From assembly GCA_945890885.1 (NCBI GenBank), contig CAMDDF010000001.1, forward strand, positions 1 through 53,431: DNA of 53,431 bases, written 5' to 3'. Below the pieces are notes generated by a model. The model did no database searches and was not told where the DNA came from. It worked only from the letters and a program-made list of their open reading frames with translations. This DNA comes from Candidatus Kuenenia stuttgartensis (GTDB lineage: Bacteria; Planctomycetota; Phycisphaerae; Sedimentisphaerales; CAMDDF01). Positions 1 to 10,046 of this stretch are shown piece by piece. The position numbers and the translations under genes are program-made. Numbering within the stretch: position 1 is the stretch's first letter; every line of letters begins with the position of its first letter.

Positions 1-358
1 TATCGGCTATATTAACTCCTGAATCTATTCTATTATCAAAAATTAAAAAAAATTTTTTAGGGCTATAAGCCCTAATCAAATATTCGTTAGTTTCCTTAAA
101 GGAATGTTTTATATTAAGCAAGCCTACCCCCTGCAACCGCCCCACCGCCCTGCTGACAGTCTTGCGCGACAAATCCAGCCTGTCGGCTATAAATTGGCTG
201 CCAATGACGGCAACCAGCCCAGCCCCCGCGTAGAATGCAATTTGTGCATATACGCGCTTGGCATTGACGGATAAATCGCGTCTTGCCAATATATGGCCGG
301 GTATTACTTCCTGACTTGTTAGTTTTACAATTGCGCACTGCGTTTCCTCTTTCAACAT
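1..358 (-). CDS. winged-helix DNA-binding protein (HTH_36 / replication-initiator-like), C-terminus cut by window edge
   Basis: Hand-translated; absent from the ORF track because no stop lies in the window. ATG at 358-356 with GGAG 8 nt upstream, and the frame stays open to base 1. Translation MLKEETQCAIVKLTSQEVIPGHILARRDLSVNAKRVYAQIAFYAGAGLVAVIGSQFIADRLDLSRKTVSRAVGRLQGVGLLNIKH... shows the 'LS.nAkrVY..l....g....S...IA..L.LSRkTV.RA...L...GLL' wHTH pattern. It replaces the low-complexity 114..338 track ORF, which is in another frame. Confidence 0.45.
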   Translation of the reverse strand, partial: MLKEETQCAIVKLTSQEVIPGHILARRDLSVNAKRVYAQIAFYAGAGLVAVIGSQFIADRLDLSRKTVSRAVGRLQGVGLLNIKHSFKETNEYLIRAYSPKKFFLIFDNRIDSGVNIAD

Positions 359-730
359 AAAGTCTACTCCGTTAGACTTACTCATTGCGGAGCATTACCA
401 GAGGCTATAAGCGCGCACAAAAATCGACTTCACGCAATAATTATTGCTTGAAATTCGATTCCGTTGCTGTTAAAATTTCGCTCAATGGGCATTGTTTTGT
501 ACTCGGTTAAAGTCAAAATTCTGGCAATGCTCTGGTCAAGCGTGTCAACAACACGACTTGGCCATTTTTTTTGTATGAGCTTTTTGAAAAGGGGGTGAAG
601 TGCTAAAGTGATACTGTCGATAATAAGTCTTTAGAGGGCGTTTTCTTTCGTAACTTATTGCAAAATAAGGAGTTATGTGAATATATGTTATGTTTCATTC
701 GAGTAAACCGTGCAAAAGGGCGTATCAAAA

Positions 731-2281
731 TCAAACCTGCGATAGCTTCACTAAGTTTACCGATGCTCTGTCAATAACCCCTATGTTTGCAAGAACCACA
801 GCTATATTGTTTATTGGGTCAGTATGAGCAAAGCACTGTTTCATGTTTTCATTGAGTCTGTCCATCGCACCGTCAAATTTGTACTGGTCGCAATAAAGCA
901 CCGCTGTTTTATAGTGCAGGTTAATAATTTCACTGTCCAGACCATCATTTTCATTTAATATTTCAAAAGCCCTCTCAGGCTTGCCCATTTCAAAACTACA
1001 AATCACAAGTTTCGATTTAGCCCTGAAATGATACGGATTTAGCTGTAAAGTCGTCTCAAATTTGTCGCAGGCCTGCTTAATATCCCCAGCTGCCAGCAAA
1101 ATAAGGCCTGCCTTGTAGTATGCATCCGGATCTTCCGGATTTTTGCCAATATTTTTCTGGTGTTCCAATATCATCTTTTCTATTGAAACTTCGGTATTCA
1201 AACAAGCCTTATTTTTGAGACACACAGCCTGCCCATACAATAATGTCGAGTTCTGCTGAACTGCCGACGCAAGAGATATCGTATCCCGGCAATCGTTGGT
1301 CTGTCTAGCCAGATATTGTCCAGCAGCAAGACCGATATAGGCATCGACAATTTCATCATTAAGCTCAAGGGCGATATTAAACTGTTCAGCTGCCTGACTT
1401 ATATAATTTTCTTTCATGTACAGTGTGCCTAATTTAATGGTCGCCTGTAAATTATTTGGCTGTAATTTGGAGGCCTTTTTCAGACAATTTATGGCATCCA
1501 AGAAATTCCCTGCATAATAATGCAAATCGCTCAATTTTATATAAAGCTCCGGCAATTCACCAAGCTGTTCAAACATGGATTTCATTGCTTCGATTGCCCC
1601 TTCGAGATTGGAATTTTTGATAAGCTCATCTATCTCAGCAAATTCTGAATTATTCTGGAAGTTATCAGGATGCATAGTTATCGCATTATTGAATGCATCT
1701 ATTGCATGTTGGTATTCCTGATTTGCGATATACAAATAACCCAGAATTATATATGACTCAGTATCATCAGGGTATTCATGACAGAGCTGGCGATACTGGT
1801 TTATCGCATCAGTCAGCCTTCCATTTCTAAAATATATCGCCCCAAGCCTTTGCAGAGGCAGTTGAAGATAGCCTTTGAATTTCACGCAATCCTGATAATA
1901 TCTCACCGCCAGATCATCCTTGCCAAGCCTCTCATAACAATGCCCCAGTACATATAACGCCATCGTGTTGTTTGGCTGATGCTGATATATATAATTAAGA
2001 TGCACAATCGTCTGCTGCACTTTATTCCTTTTAAGGCATAACATTGCCTCCGCCATCTCTGCAATCACTGAGCCGGGATTTGCTTCCTTATAATTCTGAA
2101 TTTTCTCATCTGCAAGGTGTAATTTAAGATTGCATACAAGGTCAAGAATTTCATTCATCGGAGTATCCGCAAAGGCCCCATCTTTATTGATAGTCGCCTC
2201 AATCCAGTGCCATATAATTTGTGGCGTATCGATGTTTACCGCCCTGCCGAATATTTCCAGAATTTTACTTATCAAGCTCAA
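731..2281 (-). CDS. tetratricopeptide (TPR) repeat protein
   Basis: 516-aa ORF built of repeated ~34-aa helical-hairpin units (AIDAFNNAITMHPDN, AINCLKKASKLQPNN, ACDKFETTLQLNPYH). Confidence 0.8.
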   Translation of the reverse strand: MSLISKILEIFGRAVNIDTPQIIWHWIEATINKDGAFADTPMNEILDLVCNLKLHLADEKIQNYKEANPGSVIAEMAEAMLCLKRNKVQQTIVHLNYIYQHQPNNTMALYVLGHCYERLGKDDLAVRYYQDCVKFKGYLQLPLQRLGAIYFRNGRLTDAINQYRQLCHEYPDDTESYIILGYLYIANQEYQHAIDAFNNAITMHPDNFQNNSEFAEIDELIKNSNLEGAIEAMKSMFEQLGELPELYIKLSDLHYYAGNFLDAINCLKKASKLQPNNLQATIKLGTLYMKENYISQAAEQFNIALELNDEIVDAYIGLAAGQYLARQTNDCRDTISLASAVQQNSTLLYGQAVCLKNKACLNTEVSIEKMILEHQKNIGKNPEDPDAYYKAGLILLAAGDIKQACDKFETTLQLNPYHFRAKSKLVICSFEMGKPERAFEILNENDGLDSEIINLHYKTAVLYCDQYKFDGAMDRLNENMKQCFAHTDPINNIAVVLANIGVIDRASVNLVKLSQV

Positions 2282-2481
2282 ATCTCCGGTAGCTGCATAA
2301 AAATTAATTATTCTATGCTTTAGGTATCGGTTTTTCGGGTGGACAGCTTAATAGCAACAATTTAGTGATGATGAAAATTTTACAACAATTCCCCAATGAT
2401 TTTGCCGAAAGTATCGATTATGCAGGCCAAAATAGCAAATTTCGGCCCCAACCCCCTGTCAACGTCCCATTTTATGTAAAA

Positions 2482-2940
2482 TTACGCCGAAAATCCCGAT
2501 TCGATTTCGCTAAGATATGCAAGGGTTCTTTCCAGCTTATCGGTCAGATGCTTTAACTTCAGCATCGTCTTAACTCTGGTTGTAAGCTCAAGTCTATTGA
2601 CCGGCTTGCTTATAAAATCGTCAGTGCCTGAGTTAATCGCCCTTTCGATATCGCCAATTTCACTAAGCGCGGTAACCATAATTATCGGTATCATCGCAGT
2701 TTTGGGGTCTTTTTTGAGCCTCCTGCAAACCTCGAAACCGCTAATTTTAGGCATCATGACATCAAGCAAAATCAAGTCAGGCTGGTCGGCACGAACTTTT
2801 TCCAGTGCATCTGCACCATCTACCGCTGTGGATATTTGACAGTCAATATCCTCAAGGTACGCCTGCAACAACTCGAGATTCTGTTCGTTATCATCAACAA
2901 CAAGTATTTTATTGGTCAAATCTACCGTATCTTCAGCCAT
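2482..2940 (-). CDS. single-domain response regulator (CheY-like receiver)
   Basis: ILVVDDNEQNLELL..., phospho-acceptor context DLILLDVMMP, PIIMVTAL and the conserved K in FISKP. Confidence 0.9.
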   Translation of the reverse strand: MAEDTVDLTNKILVVDDNEQNLELLQAYLEDIDCQISTAVDGADALEKVRADQPDLILLDVMMPKISGFEVCRRLKKDPKTAMIPIIMVTALSEIGDIERAINSGTDDFISKPVNRLELTTRVKTMLKLKHLTDKLERTLAYLSEIESGFSA

Positions 2941-3134
2941 TTTAATATTCCAACAATTTCAGGTTTCAAAACCAACATTATATCTTTTAACGTCGCTGGA
3001 GTCCAGTTTTTTTATTTACAAGCTCACTTTTTTAGGACTTGACAATATACCACACCATAATTAAAATGGGCTATATCGTTAATATAGGTAAGCCGAAAAC
3101 GTCATTTTTATGGCAAAAGCGAGGGTATGGTAAA

Positions 3135-3698
3135 ATGAAGGAACTATTTACCACAGGTGAAGCAGCAGATATCTGCAACATCAGTCAACAAACAATTATC
3201 CGGTGTTTCGATTCTGGTAGACTAAAAGGCTTCAGGATTCCGGGTTCTCGATTCAGAAGAGTCCCAAGAGAAAGCCTGATCCAGTTTATGAAGGAAAATA
3301 AAATTCCGCTGGATAATCTCGAAACCGGCAAAAAGAAAATTCTTATCGTCGATGATGATATGGAAATCGTCGAGTTGGTCAAAGATGTCCTTGTCCGCGA
3401 TGGAAGGTTTGACGTTCAGTCAGCATCCAGCGGCTATGATGCCGGCATACTCACCCAGCAATTCAACCCCGATCTTATCCTGCTGGACTACATGCTTCCG
3501 GATGTCAATGGAAATATTGTCTGCCAGACCATCAAAAAAAATCCGAACTTCGCAAACACAAAAATAATAATCGTCAGCGGAGTTATAAATCGAAGTGAAA
3601 TTGACAATCTTTTAAAAGCAGGTGCTGAAGATTTTATTCAAAAGCCATTCAACATTTCGCTTCTTGTCGACAAAATTTCACAATTTTTAAATCTTTAA
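3135..3698 (+). CDS. response regulator with N-terminal excisionase/MerR-type HTH
   Basis: Start moved to the ATG at 3135 (GAGGG upstream). The N-terminus FTTGEAADICNISQQTIIRCFDSGRLKGFRIPGSRFRRVPRESL is an HTH_17-type motif. It is followed by a receiver domain (ILIVDDD..., DLILLDYMLPDVNG, IIIVSG, FIQKP). Confidence 0.85.
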   Translation: MKELFTTGEAADICNISQQTIIRCFDSGRLKGFRIPGSRFRRVPRESLIQFMKENKIPLDNLETGKKKILIVDDDMEIVELVKDVLVRDGRFDVQSASSGYDAGILTQQFNPDLILLDYMLPDVNGNIVCQTIKKNPNFANTKIIIVSGVINRSEIDNLLKAGAEDFIQKPFNISLLVDKISQFLNL

Positions 3699-3734
3699 AA
3701 TTTTCAGCAGCAGTTTTCAACAAAGAGGTATTGG

Positions 3735-5978
3735 ATGATAGAAAATGCAACAAATTCGGCCACCAGCCGGCAGATAGAACTTATTGTTCGTAAAATAAAT
3801 TCGTTATCCACCCTGCCATGTACTTTGGCCGGGATATTACCTCTGCTCAAGGGCTCCAGGTTCGTTGCAAGTCAGCTTATCGATTTCATAGAATCAGACC
3901 CTGCCTTAACAGCAAAAATACTTTCGTTGCTTACCCAGCAGGACTCCAATCAGCCCCAGCAAAATATTTCTATATCGAAGGCCATTGAAAAACTTCCGCC
4001 GGCACTAATTCGTGATGCGATATTCTCCACAAAAATTATGCAGACAACATCAGCCTCCCCTGCTGCCGCATCTTCAGGTGCTACACGCAGAGAGCTTATA
4101 AGATTTTCAATCGCTGTTGCCTGCGCCGCCAAAGAAACCGCAAAGATTCTGCTGGATGAAAATAATCAGGAACTTGCCTTTTCTGCAGGACTGCTTCATA
4201 ACCTTGGCAAACTTGCTATAGAAGAAGCCCTGCCTAAAAGTTTCGACAAAATAGCCTCTGAAGCCCGAATGCTTGGGCAAAGTGATATTTCGGTTGAAAA
4301 AAAATATCTCGGCATCGACCATACTATCATAGGCAAACGTCTTGCTGAAAGATGGAAGCTGCCGACCGAAATAATCTATTCGATCTGGCTTCACCGCAGC
4401 GACCCGGAAGCTATACCAACTGCGGTAGCTGAACATAAAATCGCCACTGTCGTCGCTCTTGCGTATCTCATTGCAAGAAACGCCCAGATAGGTGATTGCG
4501 GCAGTTATGAGCCATATCTTAGTCCGCTTTCTTTCGCAAATGCACTTGATATAACGCCTCAGCAGATCGATCAGATAGGCAAAAATTTAAAATCGCAGGT
4601 TCAGTCCCGTACCGAATTGCTTGGTCTTGATGCCGATCAGCCGGAAATTATGTATTCCCAAGCGGTCTGGGAGCTTGCAAGTCAGCTTGCACAAGACAAC
4701 TCGACTCTTACTGAGCAGAATCTTCAACTGACTGCCAACAATAGCTTCTTCGAGTTCGCCAATAATTTCCTTTCGAATATTACACCCGCAACGGCTCCGC
4801 TGGAAATTGCAAATGATTTCGCCGCGAGATGGCAGAAGTTCTATAACACAGGCCCTGTCTGCGTATATCTCGTCAGAGACAAAAATGAAGACATCGTCGA
4901 TGCCGTCGCGATAGATGTCAAAGGCTCTTCAAATACGATCCTCCTGACATCACAAAGCCAGATACCGCTGGTACCTGATGATATTAAAAATAAATTTAAT
5001 ATAATAGACGCTACCGCCGAAAATTTCGGATGGCTGTTCCAGCAGCTTGATATTCCATTCAATCTCAGTAAAACCAAAGCCCTGCCGATCATCTGTTCCG
5101 GCAAGACTCTGGCAGTCATAATATGGGAATATAAATACCTGCCGCAGGACAGCAAATATCTGGAAACCCTTGCGGGCCCCGCCAACATAGCTGGACCGGT
5201 GATAAGTCTTTCCTATGCCTATGAGAATCAACAGCGTATTGCCGAAGAATTCTCTTCATTATTAAATCGGCTCGGCAACATTAAAGAAAAGCTCTCAAAG
5301 ACGGAAAACCTTGAAGGACTTGCCGAAATGGCCGCTGGTGCCGCACACGAACTTAATAATCCTGTTACAATCGTCAGCGGCAGAATCCAGATGCTTTTGG
5401 CTGACGAGACAGACGAAAATAAAAAACAGACCCTTTTGCAAATGAAAGATAAAATCGAAGAAACTTCGAAAATTATATCCGACCTTATGGAATTTGCCCG
5501 TCCCAAAGAACCGACCCCAAGAGCGGTCAGCCCCGCAGTACTTATAGACTCTGCTGTTGACTTCGCAAGGTCTCAGTTTAATCTTAGCGACATTGATGTG
5601 AAAATAGAAAATATCGAAACGCTGCGGGATATTTATGTCGATTCCGATCAAGCCAAACAGGCCCTTGCCAACCTTATCTGTAATGCTTGCCAGTCATACC
5701 ATAATACCGGCAATCTTGTGAAAATCGTCGGAGCAGAGCAGAACGATTCATTCGTCAGGATACAGGTTATCGACGAAGGCTGCGGCATGGATGCGCAAAC
5801 TCTCGCCAAAGCTGTTCAGCCGTTCTTCTCAGGCCAACCGGCTGGAAGAAAACGCGGGATGGGTCTAGCTCATTCGCAACGGTTGCTGAATATCAATAAA
5901 GCCTCGCTACATATCGCTAGCGAACCAGGCAAAGGAACAATCGTGACAGTCCTGCTGCCATCTGTTAAAATAGTTTGA
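3735..5978 (+). CDS. HDOD-domain sensor histidine kinase
   Basis: N-terminal HDOD-like region (LPTLPCTLAGILPLL, AGLLHNLGKLAIEE, GIDHTIIGKRLAERW). C-terminal HisKA H-box (AAHELNNPVTIV) and HATPase N/G boxes (LANLICNACQS, VIDEGCGM, GMGLAHS). Confidence 0.85.
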   Translation: MIENATNSATSRQIELIVRKINSLSTLPCTLAGILPLLKGSRFVASQLIDFIESDPALTAKILSLLTQQDSNQPQQNISISKAIEKLPPALIRDAIFSTKIMQTTSASPAAASSGATRRELIRFSIAVACAAKETAKILLDENNQELAFSAGLLHNLGKLAIEEALPKSFDKIASEARMLGQSDISVEKKYLGIDHTIIGKRLAERWKLPTEIIYSIWLHRSDPEAIPTAVAEHKIATVVALAYLIARNAQIGDCGSYEPYLSPLSFANALDITPQQIDQIGKNLKSQVQSRTELLGLDADQPEIMYSQAVWELASQLAQDNSTLTEQNLQLTANNSFFEFANNFLSNITPATAPLEIANDFAARWQKFYNTGPVCVYLVRDKNEDIVDAVAIDVKGSSNTILLTSQSQIPLVPDDIKNKFNIIDATAENFGWLFQQLDIPFNLSKTKALPIICSGKTLAVIIWEYKYLPQDSKYLETLAGPANIAGPVISLSYAYENQQRIAEEFSSLLNRLGNIKEKLSKTENLEGLAEMAAGAAHELNNPVTIVSGRIQMLLADETDENKKQTLLQMKDKIEETSKIISDLMEFARPKEPTPRAVSPAVLIDSAVDFARSQFNLSDIDVKIENIETLRDIYVDSDQAKQALANLICNACQSYHNTGNLVKIVGAEQNDSFVRIQVIDEGCGMDAQTLAKAVQPFFSGQPAGRKRGMGLAHSQRLLNINKASLHIASEPGKGTIVTVLLPSVKIV

Positions 5979-5994
5979 TGTAAAGACTAAATTT

Positions 5995-6888
5995 ATGATT
6001 TGCGAAGAACAATTCAAGTGGCAAAATGATAAACTGCTCGTTCTTGCTCCAGCCAAGATAAATCTCTCTTTGCTCATAGGCCCAAAAAGGCCGGACAACT
6101 ACCACGAAGTCCATACAGTTATGGCCAAGATAAATCTCTGTGATGAACTGTATTTCGAGAAAACCAATGAACCTCAAGTTCATCTCGCATGCCTAGGCCA
6201 ATACTCTGTACCTGCCGGCCCCGAAAATATTGTCTATAAAGCTGCAAAATTACTTGGCATCGAACGAGGCCTTAAAATAACGCTGATCAAAAAAATCCCC
6301 GCTGGTGCAGGCCTTGCTGGCGGTTCATCCGATGCCGCTGCCGCACTGATGGGCATAAACAAAATCTGCAATCTTGGGTTAACCCAGCATCGCCTTGCCG
6401 ATCTTGCCGCCTCGCTCGGAAGCGATGTTCCGTTCTTTTTGTCAGGCCCCCTTGCCCTCTGTACTGGACGGGGCGAAAAGATTAGCGAAATTCCGCTAAA
6501 ATTCAATTTTAGTGCTTTACTTGTAACTCCAGACATAAATGTTTCTACTAAAAGCGTTTACGAAAATTTCACCCCCAATATTCCGTTATTTGAGTCTCAA
6601 AAAAATAAAATTAATGAGCATCTTTCAAAAAACAGAATTGATTTAATAGTCAAAATGTGCGCTAATATGCTTGAGTTAAGCTGTTTTAAGCTAAACCCAA
6701 AATTGGCTGATTTAAAAAAGCATATTAAATCGTTAAATATTGGGAAAGTTTGTCTCAGCGGCAGTGGCTCTACTATGTTCGTACTCACCGGTGATAACAG
6801 CAGCTTCTTTGATGGAAACGAACCTGAACAAAAGCTTCAGGATGCGATTGGACATAAAGTTGTGTTAGTCTCCAACAATAGATGGTGA
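5995..6888 (+). CDS. ispE: 4-diphosphocytidyl-2-C-methyl-D-erythritol kinase
   Basis: APAKINLSLLIGPKRPDNYHEV N-terminus and the GHMP-kinase motif IPAGAGLAGGSSDAAAAL. Confidence 0.9.
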   Translation: MICEEQFKWQNDKLLVLAPAKINLSLLIGPKRPDNYHEVHTVMAKINLCDELYFEKTNEPQVHLACLGQYSVPAGPENIVYKAAKLLGIERGLKITLIKKIPAGAGLAGGSSDAAAALMGINKICNLGLTQHRLADLAASLGSDVPFFLSGPLALCTGRGEKISEIPLKFNFSALLVTPDINVSTKSVYENFTPNIPLFESQKNKINEHLSKNRIDLIVKMCANMLELSCFKLNPKLADLKKHIKSLNIGKVCLSGSGSTMFVLTGDNSSFFDGNEPEQKLQDAIGHKVVLVSNNRW

Positions 6889-6909
6889 ACCATTATGTGA
6901 GGTAGAACT

Positions 6910-7350
6910 ATGAAGATCAGCGAAGTCAGGGTAAAACTTGTAAACAACAAGGATGACAGACTCAAGGCATTTTGCTCGATGACAATTGATGACGCATTTG
7001 TTATTCGCGACATCAAAATTATCGAGGGCACAAGCGGGTATTTTGTGGCTATGCCGTCGCGGAAAATGAGTGACCATTGTGAAAAATGCGGCGGAAAAAA
7101 TCACCTCAGGGCAAGGTACTGCAATAATTGCGGCGGACACCTGTCGGAAAACAGGGCAAAAAAAGATATCAAAGGCAGAATGAAACTCCACGCCGACATT
7201 GCACATCCAATAAATGCGGACTGTCGCGAGAGCATTCAGGCCAACATTGTAAAAGCCTTTGAAGAGGAAGTTGAAAAATCCAAGCAACCAGGTTATGTGC
7301 CGATTGAGATGGATGACATTAGCGACGTAGACGACGTGCCTGAAGTTTAA
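6910..7350 (+). CDS. spoVG: SpoVG-family protein with inserted zinc ribbon and acidic tail
   Basis: [52 protein letters not shown] ... DIAHPIN is canonical Spo[21 protein letters not shown] is inserted between the two conserved blocks. It lies next to ispE, as in many bacteria. Confidence 0.9.
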   Translation: MKISEVRVKLVNNKDDRLKAFCSMTIDDAFVIRDIKIIEGTSGYFVAMPSRKMSDHCEKCGGKNHLRARYCNNCGGHLSENRAKKDIKGRMKLHADIAHPINADCRESIQANIVKAFEEEVEKSKQPGYVPIEMDDISDVDDVPEV

Positions 7351-7365
7351 AACCTTATCACTGAG

Positions 7366-7665
7366 TTATATTTCCTCGAGCATTCTTTCTAAGGTTGCAT
7401 CAAGGCGATTGTTTATATCGTATTGGCCGGAGCAGATTTGCTGCCGTAAGTCGAGTACTTTTTTTTGCCGAACTTCTGGCATGCAGGCGATCTTTTTTAA
7501 AATCTGTCCAAGGGGAGTACTGTTCATATTTTCTAAGATTTCCTCGGCAAGTAAGTCCTGAGATTCGTCAAGTTCAAAAAAAGACTCAATATCAGCTTCT
7601 TTTTTGGAAAAATGGAGGTTTCCTGAATTTCGGTCAAAATTTCCCATTGTTTTAAATATCTCCAA
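7366..7665 (-). CDS. flgM: anti-sigma-28 factor FlgM-like protein
   Basis: The C-terminus PEVRQKKVLDLRQQICSGQYDINNRLDATLERML matches the FlgM signature (V..iK..I..G.Y.vd...iA..l). Small and acidic. Confidence 0.6.
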   Translation of the reverse strand: MEIFKTMGNFDRNSGNLHFSKKEADIESFFELDESQDLLAEEILENMNSTPLGQILKKIACMPEVRQKKVLDLRQQICSGQYDINNRLDATLERMLEEI

Positions 7666-8030
7666 GTTAAAAGCTTACATCAAATTAGCTATTTTATTGT
7701 TTTTAGAAATTTTTCAAACACAACATGTAGTATGCCAGAGTTTTCAGTTGCAAATCCATCCTCGTCCACAGTAGTGATATCGACTTTGGGGTGCAGTTAA
7801 CTTTAGAAAAGTTTACTTATTTCATAAGTTATTAATCTGTAACATGTTATAATTTCAAGATTTCAGGCAGTGCCTTTTAATAGCTGGTATTGCCGATTAT
7901 ACAGGACGTTGAAAATAAGATTTCTTTAAAAAACTTATTTTTTTATTTAATTCTCAGGCATACAATATATAGTAATGTAACATCCTTGTTATCGCAAAAA
8001 CGGAGCTTGTTTTATGGGGCTTTTTGCAAA

Positions 8031-9881
8031 TCAATACCATGTTGTTGTTTCAAGCCAATCCTGAGCAATTTTAACTATGTCAGAAAGACCGACATGGCCA
8101 TCACGATCAAAATCAGCAGGCAACGGGTTTTCGGTATCTTCAAGCCCGAAATCATTTGCCAGCACAGCGAAATCAGAAAAATCCACGATACCGTCATTGG
8201 TGGCATCGCAAAGCCTGCTCCAGATGGTACGGTTGCTGTAATGTCCCATGCTCGCTTGAGCTGTGCCGCCATAAGCCCCCATATTTATACGAAGATTACC
8301 ACTAAAAGCATTGTCTTCAAACACAAGAGTCTCATTGCCAATACTCATCCCAGGCATACCTGCATCAATGCATCTGCTGTTTGCAGTACCAAAGACTAAT
8401 TGCCCTGTTTCAATATCCCATTGGCCGCCCTTACTTTGGAGGTGGTAATCGCTACCTGCAATATCTGCACTGGAAAGCCACTGATTTGCAAAGACCAATA
8501 AATCAATCTCGTTAACTATACCATCTGCTGGTATCGAAATATCATATTTGTAACCGGCTTCAAAAGATTGCCATTTTGCCGCAAATTCGGCAAAGTCGCG
8601 AAAATCAACCTCGCCGCTAAAATCAAAATCGGCCGTCAAAACCATTGCTGGATTAACAAAACAAGGATCAACGTCAATGTTCCCAATCTGCCAGTCTAAC
8701 GTAGACCCATTCGAAACATATGCGTTCGCCAGTCCACCTTGAACGTCGCAATATGATACTGTAACTTCTGAGGGCCATAATGGATTTAGAAAAAGTGCTA
8801 TTTGAGGGCCCGACAATAATGCAGTATTACCCCATAAAACAGAGTTAATGAGACTCGCATTACTATAATGGCACGCGATTCCTCCTCCACCTCCAAGTTC
8901 ATTCGGATTATATCCGGCATGGTTATTAGCAATTGTACAATTAATGATTGATAAATTAGACGGATTGTCATTCCCACCACAATAAATTCCACCGCCAGAA
9001 ATTGAGGCATAGTTGCCGACAATGATGCAGTTTTTTATTATCATTTTGCTTTCCTCAACACCAATTCCTCCTCCCATATAAGCACCCGTTGAATTCCCAC
9101 TAATCTCGCAATTTAGCACTGTTGGGCTACTTCTAAAACAAGCAATACCAGCACCATACTCTGTGATAGAGTTGTTCGTAATACTACAATTAAAAATTAA
9201 AGGATTACTGTTGTCTTCACAGAAAATTCCACCACCATGAAGTGTACCTGAATTATTTTTAATTGTGCAATTGCTTATTGTTGGACTACTATTTGAGTCA
9301 CAGGCAATTCCTGCTCCAGCATAATTACTGTTATTAGAGATTATTGTACAGTTGGTTATCAAAGGATTGGCGTTGTTGTAGCAAGAAATGCCTCCTCCAT
9401 AACCTCCATGACTCCCCTCTGCTCCATTAAACTCAGCCATGTTATTGCTAACAATACAATTACGAATTGTCGGGCTGCAGTTTTCAACAAAGATACCTCC
9501 ACCCTCATCTACACTGCCATTCTTAATCGTAAGACCATCTAAGATAGAATTACTGTCTTCGCCAGTATGAAAGTAAAATCCCCTGTGAGAATTGAACCAA
9601 CCGCCATTGCAATCAATTATTGTATCATTCGGGTTGCCGGTCGCGCCACGAACGGTTATAGCTTTGCCGAGAAAGTCGATATCGCGATTGCCTGTGCCGG
9701 TGTATGTTCCCGATGAGATTATCACTTCATCGCCGTCGTTGCAGTCGTTGATAGCTGCCTGAATAGTTGCGTATTGACTTGGCACGTTTCTTATCTGTGC
9801 AATCGAAACCGATGTAAAGAACAAGGCGGCTATAAACCAGACCCCAAATATATTTTTCATCATCCACTCCCACTTACTCAA
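8031..9881 (-). CDS. secreted parallel-beta-helix repeat protein with dockerin-like Ca-binding motifs
   Basis: Signal peptide (MMKNIFGVWFIAALFFTSVSIAQI). More than 10 'N(C/S).I..N.a...GGGI' beta-helix turns. Dockerin/EF-hand-like segments DFSGEVDFRDFAEFAAKW, DATNDGIVDFSDFAVLANDFG and DFDRDGHVGLSDIVKIAQDW. Confidence 0.8.
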   Translation of the reverse strand: MSKWEWMMKNIFGVWFIAALFFTSVSIAQIRNVPSQYATIQAAINDCNDGDEVIISSGTYTGTGNRDIDFLGKAITVRGATGNPNDTIIDCNGGWFNSHRGFYFHTGEDSNSILDGLTIKNGSVDEGGGIFVENCSPTIRNCIVSNNMAEFNGAEGSHGGYGGGISCYNNANPLITNCTIISNNSNYAGAGIACDSNSSPTISNCTIKNNSGTLHGGGIFCEDNSNPLIFNCSITNNSITEYGAGIACFRSSPTVLNCEISGNSTGAYMGGGIGVEESKMIIKNCIIVGNYASISGGGIYCGGNDNPSNLSIINCTIANNHAGYNPNELGGGGGIACHYSNASLINSVLWGNTALLSGPQIALFLNPLWPSEVTVSYCDVQGGLANAYVSNGSTLDWQIGNIDVDPCFVNPAMVLTADFDFSGEVDFRDFAEFAAKWQSFEAGYKYDISIPADGIVNEIDLLVFANQWLSSADIAGSDYHLQSKGGQWDIETGQLVFGTANSRCIDAGMPGMSIGNETLVFEDNAFSGNLRINMGAYGGTAQASMGHYSNRTIWSRLCDATNDGIVDFSDFAVLANDFGLEDTENPLPADFDRDGHVGLSDIVKIAQDWLETTTWY

Positions 9882-10046
9882 TCAATAATAAAATAGCATT
9901 AGAAATCTATCCTGAGACAGACCCCATTGATTTTCGATGCATTCTAACGAGTTTTCAGGGAAAACTCAAGCAAAATCGCCTACTTTAACAATAGATTGGA
10001 TGAAAACCGCAAAATAAGTCGACAGGCTGTGATAATCAAACGGAAT

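Noticed and set aside
114-338. Track ORF of 74 aa (minus strand), rich in G/A/R/C.
   Set aside because: Its composition is implausible. A different minus-strand frame over the same DNA gives a clean wHTH protein with SD + ATG (feature 1..358).
7890-8399. 169-aa plus-strand ORF and a GCCGATTA sigma28-like -10 box at about 7887.
   Set aside because: The ORF is antisense to the beta-helix exoprotein gene and has no motifs. The sigma28-like box lacks a credible -35 element and points away from flgM.
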